A stretch of DNA of 64,000 bases, from assembly GCA_963771355.1 (NCBI GenBank), contig CAVYTA010000006.1:1120001-1184000 (forward strand). The letters run 5' to 3'. The DNA comes from an uncultured Candidatus Rokubacteria bacterium (GTDB lineage Bacteria; Methylomirabilota; Methylomirabilia; Rokubacteriales; CSP1-6). The number at the start of each line of letters is the position of its first letter. The stretch's first letter is position 1. The translations under genes and the position numbers were made by a program. Shown one piece after another: positions 52,699 through 61,602 of the stretch. A model generated the notes under the pieces. That model did no database searches and was not told where the DNA came from. It saw only the letters and a program-made list of their open reading frames with translations.

Positions 52699-53448
52699 TC
52701 AGGCCCCCGGCCGCCTCTTTCGCGAAGGCGGTTCCGTCGCGCCGGGAACACGGCCTCCCGGCGTGCCCATGACCAGCCGCTCCACCGCCGTGAGATGGTC
52801 GAGCACGGCGCGATGAGCGCCGACCTCGTCGCGGCGACGGATCGCCTCCAGGATGCGCTGATGGTCCTCGTGGGAGCGGGTGGGCCGGCCGGGCGTATGC
52901 AGCGACTCCTCCCGGCTCTGGGTGAGGAGGTCCATGAGGGCGCCGTCGATGCGGCTGATCGCGCGGTTGTGGGCGCTGGACGCCATGGCACCGTGGAAGG
53001 CGGCGTCCTGGACCAGACCCGTGCGGCCCTGCGCGATCTCCTTCGCCTGCTCCTCGAGGATGCGCGCCATCTCCGCGATGTCTTCGGGCGTGGCGCGCCG
53101 GGCGGCCAGGGCGGCGATGGCGGGCTCGAGCAGGCGGCGAGCCTCGAAGAGCTCGCCCACCGCCTCACGATGGGGCAGGATGACCAGGGCCAGCGGCTCG
53201 ATCAGGGTCTCCACCGAGATGTCGCGGACGAAGGTCCCCTCCCCCGCGCGGATCTCGATGAGCCCCCGGCTCTGCAGGGCCCGGAGGGCTTCCCGCACCG
53301 ACGTGCGGCTGACCATGAACTTCTCGGCGAGATCGCGCTCGGGCGGGAGCTGATCGCCGGACTTCAGCTTGCCTTCCGCGATCAGCTGCTTGACCTGGCG
53401 GACGATCTCCTCGTAGATCCGGGTGCTCTTGACCGGCTCGATGTCCAT
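52699..53448 (-). CDS. GntR family regulator, FadR subfamily (LldR/PdhR/GlcC-like)
   Basis: LPPERDLA, VSRTSVREAL, GEGTFV winged HTH; FCD domain (EARRLLE, DAAFH, AHN, EDH, DH). Confidence 0.93.
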   Translation of the reverse strand: MDIEPVKSTRIYEEIVRQVKQLIAEGKLKSGDQLPPERDLAEKFMVSRTSVREALRALQSRGLIEIRAGEGTFVRDISVETLIEPLALVILPHREAVGELFEARRLLEPAIAALAARRATPEDIAEMARILEEQAKEIAQGRTGLVQDAAFHGAMASSAHNRAISRIDGALMDLLTQSREESLHTPGRPTRSHEDHQRILEAIRRRDEVGAHRAVLDHLTAVERLVMGTPGGRVPGATEPPSRKRRPGA

Positions 53449-53449
53449 G

Positions 53450-54145
53450 CTAGCCGGCGGTGGCCTCGCCGCCGGCCGCCGCGGCCCGCCGGCGGACGGT
53501 GAGCCAGCCGATCAGGATGATGGCGCCCGCCAGCCCGAGGCGCAGCGCCCACTCCACCACGTCCGGCACGTCGCCGAGCCGGCTCACCACGAAGTGGTCG
53601 TGCACGAGCATCTTGCCCGCCACCTCGCCCAGGATGCCGCCCGCGATGAGAATGATCCACGGATAGCGGTTCATCAGGTTCGCGAGCACCCCGCTGCCCC
53701 ACACCACGATGGGGATGCTGAGCGCGATGCCGAAGACGACGAGGCGCATGTCGCCTTCGGCGGCGCCCGCCACCCCGATGACGTTGTCGAGGCTCATCAC
53801 CACGTCGGCCACGATGATGATCCAGACCGCCTCGGGGAGCGTGGTCCCGTGACGCACGTGCCCGTCCCCGCCCCCGTCGGACTGGCGGACGAGCTTGATC
53901 GCGATCCAGATCAGGAGCAGGCCGCCCACCGCCTGGAGCAGCGGGATGCCCAGGAGAAAGGTGATGATGCCGATGAAGAGGAGCCGGAGGCCCACCGCGC
54001 CCACCGTGCCCCAGATCCGGCCCAGGAGCTGCTGGCGCTTGGGCAAGGTGCGCACCGCGAGCGCGATCACGAGGGCGTTGTCGCCGGCCAGGGCCAAATC
54101 GATGAGCACGATCTTCAGGACGCCGAGCACGAAATCGAAATTCAC
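53450..54145 (-). CDS. TerC family membrane protein (YjbE-like)
   Basis: IDLALAGDNALVIALA, ADVVMSLDNVIGVAG motifs. Confidence 0.9.
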   Translation of the reverse strand: MNFDFVLGVLKIVLIDLALAGDNALVIALAVRTLPKRQQLLGRIWGTVGAVGLRLLFIGIITFLLGIPLLQAVGGLLLIWIAIKLVRQSDGGGDGHVRHGTTLPEAVWIIIVADVVMSLDNVIGVAGAAEGDMRLVVFGIALSIPIVVWGSGVLANLMNRYPWIILIAGGILGEVAGKMLVHDHFVVSRLGDVPDVVEWALRLGLAGAIILIGWLTVRRRAAAAGGEATAG

Positions 54146-54166
54146 GAGTCCCCCGTCACGATCCGG

Positions 54167-55678
54167 CTATTCAGCGGCGGCGGGCACCGAGGACCGCCGG
54201 AGCCGGCGGCGGTACGCGGCGACCAACGGCAGCGCGAAAAAGAAGAGCGCCGCCACGGTGATCACACCTGAGATCGGGCTCGCCAGGAAGATCAGGAGCG
54301 ATCCCTGCGACATGATCAGGCTCTGCCGCAGCGCGTTCTCCGCGAGATCCCCCAGGACGAGCGCCAGCACCAGGGGCGCCAGCGGATAGTCCAGCTTCTT
54401 GAACACGTAGCCGATGACGCCGAACACGAGCATATACCAGATGTCGATCATGCTGCTGTGGACGGAGTAGGCGCCGATGGCGCAGACGCTGACGATGAGC
54501 GGGGTCAGGATGGCGAACGGGACCCGCAGGATGGCGGCGAAGAGCGGAACGAAGGCCAGGACCATGATCACGCCGATGATGTTGCCGGTGTACATGCTCG
54601 CGATGAGGCCCCACACGAAGTCCGGCCGCTCCTTGAAGAGCATCGGGCCGGGCTGGAGCCCCCAGATGATGAGCCCGCCCAGCATGACGGCGGCGGTGGG
54701 GGAGCCGGGAATGCCCAGCGTGATCATGGGGAGCAGCGCGGCCCCGCCCGCGGCATGCGCAGCCGTCTCGGGGGCCACCACGCCCTCGATGTCCCCCTTC
54801 CCGAAGCGCTCGGGGTGCTTCGAGAACCGCTTCGCGAAGGCATAGCTCATGAAGGACGCGGGCGTCGCCCCGCCGGGCTTGAAGCCCATCCAGAAGCCAA
54901 TGAACGCGCTCCGGATGAAGGTGCGCGAGTACTGGGGCAGCGTCTTCCACGTCTGCCAGACCACCTTCGGGTTGATCCGCACCGCCGCGCCCCGAAAGGC
55001 CAGCCCTTCCTCCATGGTGAGCAGGATCTCACCGATCCCGAACAACCCGATGACCGCGATGATGAAATCGAAGCCCTTCATCAGCTCGGTGAAGCCGAAG
55101 GTGAGGCGGAGCGCCCCCGTCACGATGTCGAGCCCGACGGAGGCGAGGATGAAGCCGATGAGAATGGCCACCAGCGACTTGAGCGGGTTGCCGCCGCCCA
55201 GGCCGATGAAGGACGAGAAGGTGAGGAGCTGGATGGCGAAGAACTCCGGCGGCCCGAACTTGAGCGCGATCTCTGCGAGGATGGGGGCGAAGAGGGTGAT
55301 CAGCACCACCGAGAACAGCGCCCCCACGAAGGACGAGGTGAAGGCCGCGGTCAGCGCCTGGCCCCCTTCCCCGCGCCGGGCCATGGGGTACCCGTCGAAG
55401 GTGGTCGCCACCGACCACGGCTCCCCCGGGATATTGAACAGGATCGAGGTGATGGCTCCGCCGAAGAGCGCCCCCCAGTAGAGGCTCGTGAGCAGGATGA
55501 TGGCCGAGGTCGGCTCCATCGAGAAGGTCAGCGGCAGCAGGATCGCGACCCCGTTGGCCCCGCCCAGTCCCGGCAGGACGCCGATGACGGTCCCCAGCGT
55601 GATCCCCACCACCGCGATGAACAGGTTGTAGGGAGTGAGGGCGACCTGGAAGCCGAGGAGCAGGTTCTCGAATCCCAC
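54167..55678 (-). CDS. tctA: Tripartite tricarboxylate transporter large permease TctA
   Basis: GVLPGLG, NIPGE, TFDGYPMA, GVVAPETA, LGIPGS, GLQPGP. Confidence 0.95.
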   Translation of the reverse strand: MGFENLLLGFQVALTPYNLFIAVVGITLGTVIGVLPGLGGANGVAILLPLTFSMEPTSAIILLTSLYWGALFGGAITSILFNIPGEPWSVATTFDGYPMARRGEGGQALTAAFTSSFVGALFSVVLITLFAPILAEIALKFGPPEFFAIQLLTFSSFIGLGGGNPLKSLVAILIGFILASVGLDIVTGALRLTFGFTELMKGFDFIIAVIGLFGIGEILLTMEEGLAFRGAAVRINPKVVWQTWKTLPQYSRTFIRSAFIGFWMGFKPGGATPASFMSYAFAKRFSKHPERFGKGDIEGVVAPETAAHAAGGAALLPMITLGIPGSPTAAVMLGGLIIWGLQPGPMLFKERPDFVWGLIASMYTGNIIGVIMVLAFVPLFAAILRVPFAILTPLIVSVCAIGAYSVHSSMIDIWYMLVFGVIGYVFKKLDYPLAPLVLALVLGDLAENALRQSLIMSQGSLLIFLASPISGVITVAALFFFALPLVAAYRRRLRRSSVPAAAE

Positions 55679-55681
55679 CGG

Positions 55682-56143
55682 TCAGTAGCCCAGCCAGGCT
55701 TCCAGCGGGCCCTTGGGCATGGGCACGAGGAACCAGCGCTCGAAGACGACGAAGGTGACGACGGGGAAGGCCACGCTCATGACGGCGACCGCGAGCCAGG
55801 AATGTCGCCCGATCCAGCGCATGTACAGCGCCATGTACAGCGCGGTGGCCACGTAGAGGCCCAGGAACTGAGTGGCCATCACCGCCGCGGTGGCCGGCAG
55901 CAGCACCTTGAGCACCGGGCCCACGCCGTCGCGGCGCACGAACGGCTTGCTCGTTCGGTTGCGCCAGGCCTGGATGGCGATCGCCAGGCAGCAGCCCAGG
56001 AGCAGGAGGGCGAGCCAGAACGGAAAGAATCCGCTGCGGGGCCCATCCGTGCCCCAGCCGACCCCCAGCCGCAGCGCGTCCGCGAGGACGAGCACGCCCA
56101 CGACCATCAATGCCAGCGCGGTCACCACGTCGGCGGTGCGCAT
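55682..56143 (-). CDS. tctB: TctB small permease
   Basis: GPRSGFFP, four TM segments, VFERWFLVPMPKG; start may be 56155. Confidence 0.88.
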   Translation of the reverse strand: MRTADVVTALALMVVGVLVLADALRLGVGWGTDGPRSGFFPFWLALLLLGCCLAIAIQAWRNRTSKPFVRRDGVGPVLKVLLPATAAVMATQFLGLYVATALYMALYMRWIGRHSWLAVAVMSVAFPVVTFVVFERWFLVPMPKGPLEAWLGY

Positions 56144-56204
56144 GCCCCTCCGCATCCGCGGCGTCCGGGGCAGGCCCGCTCCCCGGTTCGCGGGCCGGTC
56201 TCCC

Positions 56205-57218
56205 TTACTTCAGCAGTCCGCCCTTGCTCATGAGGTCGCGGTGGGTCTGCTCCGCCCCCTCGAGCCACTTGACGTAGTCGGCGCCCGTCAGCCACGACGG
56301 CTTGAGTGCGCCCTTGGACAGGTAGTCCTTGAACTCCGGCGTCTCGTACACCTTCTTGAGAAAGCCCTGGTACCACTCCACCGCGTCCTTGGGCATGTCG
56401 GGAGCCCCGAAGATCCCGCGCAGCATCAGGTAGGCGATGTCCGCTCCCAGAGCCTCCTTGGCGGTGGGGATCTCCTTCCAGTCCGGATCGGAAATCCGCG
56501 CGGAGTCGAACACCGCCAGCGGCCGCACCCGACCCGCCTTCCAGTGGCTCACGCACTCGGCGGGGTTGTTGACGGTGGAGTCGACGTGCTTGCCCACCAG
56601 GTTCACGCACACCTCGCCGCCGCCCTTGAACGGCACGTAGGTGAACTTCACCCCCTGCGACTGCTCGAGCAGGATGGTGATGATCTGGTCTTCCTGGGCG
56701 GAGCCGGTGCCGCCCATCTTCATCGTCCCGCCCTTTTCCTTCACCGCGGCGAGATACTCCTTCGCCGTCTTGTACGGCGTCTCCGCGTTCACCCACAGGA
56801 TGAACTCGTCCAGCGCCATGCGCGCGACGGGCGTGAGCTCCTTCCAGTTGAAGGGCACCCCGGTGTGCAGCGGCGTGGTGAAGAGATTGGACAGGGTGAT
56901 GATGATGGTGTGGGCGTCACCCTTCTTGCCCTTGACGTGGAGGAACCCCTCCGCGCCCGCCCCGCCCGACTTGTTGACCACGATGATGGGCCGGGGGGTG
57001 AGCTTGTGCTTCTCCGCGATGCCCGCGATGAGGCGCGCCATCTGGTCGGCCCCGCCGCCCGTGCCCGCGGGGATGACGAACTCGATGGGCTTGGTCGGCT
57101 CCCAGGCGGCCCACGCCGGCGTCACCGGGCTCGCGGCGAGGATCGCCGTCCCCACCACGAGAGCGCCAATGGTTCCCACGAAACCCCTGCTCATGACCCA
57201 TCGCCGTTGACGTCTCAT
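56205..57218 (-). CDS. tctC: TctC/Bug periplasmic substrate-binding protein
   Basis: Signal peptide (AWA-A); PAGTGGGADQMAR, NKSGGAG, VPFKGGG; GGAGG SD. Confidence 0.92.
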   Translation of the reverse strand: MRRQRRWVMSRGFVGTIGALVVGTAILAASPVTPAWAAWEPTKPIEFVIPAGTGGGADQMARLIAGIAEKHKLTPRPIIVVNKSGGAGAEGFLHVKGKKGDAHTIIITLSNLFTTPLHTGVPFNWKELTPVARMALDEFILWVNAETPYKTAKEYLAAVKEKGGTMKMGGTGSAQEDQIITILLEQSQGVKFTYVPFKGGGEVCVNLVGKHVDSTVNNPAECVSHWKAGRVRPLAVFDSARISDPDWKEIPTAKEALGADIAYLMLRGIFGAPDMPKDAVEWYQGFLKKVYETPEFKDYLSKGALKPSWLTGADYVKWLEGAEQTHRDLMSKGGLLK

Positions 57219-57366
57219 GCTGTGTCCTCCACGCGACTGGTTGGCGGGCCGCTGGCCGACGTCATCGCCGGGTCAGTCCCGATCCGGCGGGACGTGACCC
57301 AGCACAGCCTGACACTGAAACCAGGGAACATCCCATCCGGATCCCGGACCCCGCGCGAGGCGGAGC

Positions 57367-58386
57367 TCAGGGGGCGGGAGCGACTTCCCGCTTCTCCTTC
57401 CAGAAGGGGATGACCCCCGGGATCTCCCACTTGTTCCACATCTCGTCGACCTTCGCCTGGAAGTAGTCGAGATCCTCCTCGATGAAGTGGGCGAAGCGGC
57501 CCTGCTTGAGGAGATACTCGCGCACCGGCTTGCGCGGCCGGCCCTCCGCGATGGCCTTGGACTTGCCGTAGTGCCGCACCACCCCGTCCTCGACCTCGTA
57601 GAGCGGGAAGACACCGGTCTCGACCGCGAGCTCGCCCAGCTCGTGCGAGAGCATGGGGTCGTAGTCCCATCCCTTCGGGCACGGGTCGAGGGAGTGGATG
57701 AAGGTCGGCCCGCCGATGGACAGCGCCTTGCGGACCTTGTTCATCATCTCCACCGCATACGACGCGTCCACCGTGGCCACGTACCGGCACTCAGGATGGC
57801 CGGCGGCGAGCATGCCCGCCATGTTCTTCTTCCAGCGCGTGTGGATCAGCCGCTTCACGGAGCCGGGCGGGCTGAAGGTGGTGTTGGCCCCGTAGGGCGT
57901 CGAGCCCGACAGCTGGATGTCGGTATTGGCGTAGGACTCGTTGTCGTACATCAGGATGAGCGAGTTGTACTCCCGATGAGTGAGCGTGGCCGAGATCGCT
58001 CCCAGGCCCATGTCGGCGCCGCCGCCATCGCCGCAGAAGGCGATCACGTTGATCGGCTCCGCCTTCATCCGGCCCTTCTTCATGAGGGCCTTCAGACCGG
58101 CGGCGGTGCCGAGCGCGGCCGAGCCGGACGAGCCGAGCTGGGTATGCATCCACGGCACCACCCAGGGAGTGGTGTAGTACGTGGTATTGGCCACGTACAT
58201 GCAGCCGGTGGCGCCGAGCACGATGGTGCGCGGACCGGCCGCCTTGACCATGAGCTTCATCACCAGCGCCGACTCGCACCCCTGGCAGGTGCGGTGACCC
58301 GAGGTGAAGTACTCCTCGATGGTGACCTTCTTGACGCCCTTGAAGGGCTGGAGGAGCTGGGTCGCGTTCGTGAAGGCCTCAGCCAT
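57367..58386 (-). CDS. 2-oxoacid:ferredoxin oxidoreductase beta subunit, oxalate oxidoreductase-like
   Basis: GHRTCQGC, TGCMYVAN, TPP motif GDGG...DNESYANT, PCPKGW. Confidence 0.88.
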   Translation of the reverse strand: MAEAFTNATQLLQPFKGVKKVTIEEYFTSGHRTCQGCESALVMKLMVKAAGPRTIVLGATGCMYVANTTYYTTPWVVPWMHTQLGSSGSAALGTAAGLKALMKKGRMKAEPINVIAFCGDGGGADMGLGAISATLTHREYNSLILMYDNESYANTDIQLSGSTPYGANTTFSPPGSVKRLIHTRWKKNMAGMLAAGHPECRYVATVDASYAVEMMNKVRKALSIGGPTFIHSLDPCPKGWDYDPMLSHELGELAVETGVFPLYEVEDGVVRHYGKSKAIAEGRPRKPVREYLLKQGRFAHFIEEDLDYFQAKVDEMWNKWEIPGVIPFWKEKREVAPAP

Positions 58387-58396
58387 ATCGATCTCC

Positions 58397-59620
58397 TTAC
58401 TCTCGGACGCCGAGCCACTGCGTCTTGAGGGGGGACTTCCCGGTCTTGGCCGCCTCGTAGCAGAGATCGGTGGCCTTGTAGACGTCTTCCAGCGTCACCT
58501 CGCGCCCGCCGAGGCCGCAGATGAAGGACAGGAGCGGCGGCCGCTTGTCGGAATTGTACATGGCGGCGCGGATCTCGTTGGCGACGACGCCCGAGCCGAA
58601 GGGCGAGCCGAAGGAATAGTCGCGGTCGATGACCCCGATGGCCTTGGCCCCGGACAGCGCCGCCACCATCTTTTCCGTCGGGAAGGGCCGGAACCAGCGG
58701 GGCCGGATGAGCCCCACCTTCTTGCCCTGCGCGCGCATGTTGCGGATGCCGACCTTGAAGGGCAGCGAGATGGTGCCCATGCCCATGAGGATGACGTCGG
58801 CGTCCTCCGTCATGTATTCCTCGAACCACGGATTCTCGGGACCTCGGCCGAACTCCTTGCGGAAGTCGGCATAGGCCTCCTCGATCACGGTGTAGGCGCG
58901 ATTCATCGCCTCGTTGTTCTGGCGGCGGATCTCGATCACCCAGTCCTCGTTGGCCTGGGGAGCCACCGTGATGGGATTGTCGGGATGGAGCTGCAGGTCG
59001 CCCCGGTCGTACTTGGGGAGGAACCGGTCCACCTTGGCCTTGGTGGGCACCTGGACGATGGTCTGGGAATGGGTGAGGAAGGCGCCGTCCGCCGAGATCG
59101 CGATGGGCAGGAACACCCGCCGGTCCTCGGCGATCCGGTACGCGAGGAGCGTGGTGTCCAGCATCTCCTGGGCGGTGTCCACCCAGATGAGCAACCACCC
59201 CAGATCGCGGACGACGAGGGCGTCGTTGTGCTCCACCCCGAACGCGCCCGGGTCATCGAGGGCGCGGTTTCCCACCATGCACACCATCGGCACTCGGAGC
59301 GGCGGGGTGACGGTGAGGCACTCCATCGCGTACATCCAGCCCACCCCGGACGAGCCGCAGAACACCCGCGCCCCCACGGTGGAGGCGTGCTTGACGATCT
59401 CGAACTGGCTGTGCTCGCCCTCCGCCACGATGTACTCGGCCACCAGAAGCCCATTGGAGATCTTCTTGGCGATGGCCTGCATCACGGTGTCGTAGGGGCG
59501 AATGGGATACGCCGTCACCACGTCGATGTCGGCGAGCGTCAGGGCCTCCGCGCAGGCCTCGCTCCCGGAGATGAGCATTTCCTTGTCATCGGTCACTACC
59601 GGCTTGGTCTCGACGGCCAT
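58397..59620 (-). CDS. 2-oxoacid:ferredoxin oxidoreductase alpha subunit, oxalate oxidoreductase-like
   Basis: YPIRPY (Arg in place of PFOR YPITP Thr), EGEH, GSSGVG, RALDDPGAFGVEH, FRPFP, GLGG. Confidence 0.88.
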   Translation of the reverse strand: MAVETKPVVTDDKEMLISGSEACAEALTLADIDVVTAYPIRPYDTVMQAIAKKISNGLLVAEYIVAEGEHSQFEIVKHASTVGARVFCGSSGVGWMYAMECLTVTPPLRVPMVCMVGNRALDDPGAFGVEHNDALVVRDLGWLLIWVDTAQEMLDTTLLAYRIAEDRRVFLPIAISADGAFLTHSQTIVQVPTKAKVDRFLPKYDRGDLQLHPDNPITVAPQANEDWVIEIRRQNNEAMNRAYTVIEEAYADFRKEFGRGPENPWFEEYMTEDADVILMGMGTISLPFKVGIRNMRAQGKKVGLIRPRWFRPFPTEKMVAALSGAKAIGVIDRDYSFGSPFGSGVVANEIRAAMYNSDKRPPLLSFICGLGGREVTLEDVYKATDLCYEAAKTGKSPLKTQWLGVRE

Positions 59621-59635
59621 GGATATCTCCTCGCG

Positions 59636-60841
59636 CTAGACTTTCTTGGCGGCGTTCTCACCGGGGATGCCCGCGGTGATCTCGGTGCCGCCCTGGTCCA
59701 TGTCGTGCTGGATCTCCTGCTCGTACTGGCCGCGGAACCGGAAGCCGTGCGAGCGCACGATGTGCGACTTGTCGTTGATCTTGCCCGTCATCCACGCCGT
59801 GTACTGGCCCTTGTCCTTCCGCCACATCTCCCACTGGCTGGCATTGTCCTCGAAGGAGGCCTCGTTGACCATGGTGATGCAGTCCTTGGCCGGGCACACC
59901 GCCTCGCACACCCCGCAGCCGCAGCAGGACTCCATGTTGGCGTCGTAGAGCCCGTCGGAGGTCACGTCGAAGCAGGAGTCGGGGCACTGGATCCAGCACA
60001 GCGTGCACTTGACACACTTGTCGAAGTCGATCACCGGCCGCATGGTGCGGGTGGTGAACTTCTTGAAGTATGGGTTGCGCTCGGGGACATAGCCCTTGCC
60101 GTCTTCCATGGGCTTCCCGACGGGAATGGCCGGGATGCTGACCCCTTCCCGCATCTCCCACCACTTGGGCTTCTCGAAGGAGAACGGCGTCTCCGTATTG
60201 CCCTCGGCGACCTTGACCGCGCGTGTCTCCAGCCGGTCGTAGGTCTTGCGGGCGGACGCCACCTTGAGATCCGAGCCCCACTCCGCCTCGGCGATCGCCG
60301 CGCACACCGCGTCCAGCGACAGGAAGCCCGGCTGAATCTTGGCCAGAGCGCCCAGGATGCGAGCCTCGGTGTGATCCTCCTTGAACACCCAGAGACCCGA
60401 GAAGGAGGCCTTGGCGCGGATGAGGGCCAGGTTGTACGGAGTGTCCTTCTTGTGGATGTCCTTGAGGAGATCGCCCGCCTGCTGGAGGGAGGTCATCAGC
60501 AGGGTGCCGTTGGGCAGGGTCAGCTGGTTGATCGGCTGGAGGCCGTACCAGGCCCAGGACTCCACGCCCTTGGCGAGGGTGTCGTCCACGCAGATGGTGA
60601 TGTCCACTTCCTTGGGCTCGTACCGGGCCATGTTCTGCTCGAGCTCTTCCTGAGTGTCGGCGACGATGGCGAAGTCCTTGGCGGGGATGCCGTTCCGCTG
60701 AGGGCTGTCGCCGTAGCGCCCGAAGGCGATGCCCCAGCGCCCGGCCTTGCGGGCGGACAGCACGATCCCGCGCACGATGCGGGCGGCCAGGTTCTTCTGG
60801 AAGATGCCGCGGTAGACGACCTCGCACGTGAAATGCGCCAT
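59636..60841 (-). CDS. Fused gamma/delta subunit with two [4Fe-4S] motifs, oxalate oxidoreductase delta-like
   Basis: N-terminal domain (YGDSPQRNGIPA); CVKCTLCWIQCP and CCGCGVCEAVCP; GGAGG SD. Confidence 0.85.
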   Translation of the reverse strand: MAHFTCEVVYRGIFQKNLAARIVRGIVLSARKAGRWGIAFGRYGDSPQRNGIPAKDFAIVADTQEELEQNMARYEPKEVDITICVDDTLAKGVESWAWYGLQPINQLTLPNGTLLMTSLQQAGDLLKDIHKKDTPYNLALIRAKASFSGLWVFKEDHTEARILGALAKIQPGFLSLDAVCAAIAEAEWGSDLKVASARKTYDRLETRAVKVAEGNTETPFSFEKPKWWEMREGVSIPAIPVGKPMEDGKGYVPERNPYFKKFTTRTMRPVIDFDKCVKCTLCWIQCPDSCFDVTSDGLYDANMESCCGCGVCEAVCPAKDCITMVNEASFEDNASQWEMWRKDKGQYTAWMTGKINDKSHIVRSHGFRFRGQYEQEIQHDMDQGGTEITAGIPGENAAKKV

Positions 60842-60901
60842 GCTTGCCTCCTGATGAAAGGACGAGACGCCTGCGAGCCTACCCGGTCCTGCTGCGAGCC
60901 C

Positions 60902-60951
60902 TGGTAGGCTGGTCGGACCATACTATGCCCACGCGCCCGAGAAGTTTGCAA
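60902..60951 (-). promoter_or_regulatory. OOR operon promoter with FadR-type operator TGGTCCGACCA
   Basis: TTGCAA (60951-60946), 18 bp, CATAGT (or TAGTAT 2 nt further); palindrome 60910-60920 over the predicted start; extra half-site at 60902-60908. Confidence 0.7.
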
Positions 60952-61020
60952 GCGAGGAAGTGATCGGGACGGCAGGCCACCCGGAACAGCTTTCGGACTG
61001 GGTACTTAGCAGCCAACGCC

Positions 61021-61602
61021 TCAGGCGCCGGCTGAGCGCACCATCCCGCTGAAGTACCGGTGGACGGTGTCGTCGTCCGTGAGCTCCGGATGGAACGCGG
61101 CCACCAGCACCGTGCCCTGGCGGGCCATGATGCATTCCCCCTGGTGGGCCACCAGCGGCGTGACCGCGGGCCCCAGGCGGCGGATGCGGGGCGCCCGGAT
61201 GAAGACGACCTTGAGCGGCGCCGGGCCCGACCCGAGATCGGCGGTCACCTCGGTCTCGAAGGACTCCTTCTGCCGGCCGTAGGCGTTGCGCTCGGCGGTG
61301 ATGTCGATCAAGCCGAGCGAGCGCTGCGGCGGACTCTCGACGTCGCGCGCGAGGAGGATGAGCCCCGCGCAGGTGCCGAAGATGGGCTTGCCCCCGGCGT
61401 GGAACTTCTCGAGCGCCGGGAAGAAGTCCCAGGCGTCCATGAGCTTGAGCAAGGTCGTGCTCTCGCCGCCGGGCATGATGAGACCGGCGAGCCCGTCCAG
61501 CTCCCCCGGCTTGCGGACCTCCCGCCACGGCACGCCGATCCGCTCCAGAGCCCGCGCGTGCAGCGCGAAATCCCCTTGCAGCGCGAGCACGCCGACCGTC
61601 AC
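61021..61602 (-). CDS. pdxT: PLP synthase glutaminase subunit
   Basis: GVLALQGDF, PGGESTT, GTCAGLILL, RNAYGRQ, FIRAP, FHPE. Confidence 0.96.
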   Translation of the reverse strand: MTVGVLALQGDFALHARALERIGVPWREVRKPGELDGLAGLIMPGGESTTLLKLMDAWDFFPALEKFHAGGKPIFGTCAGLILLARDVESPPQRSLGLIDITAERNAYGRQKESFETEVTADLGSGPAPLKVVFIRAPRIRRLGPAVTPLVAHQGECIMARQGTVLVAAFHPELTDDDTVHRYFSGMVRSAGA

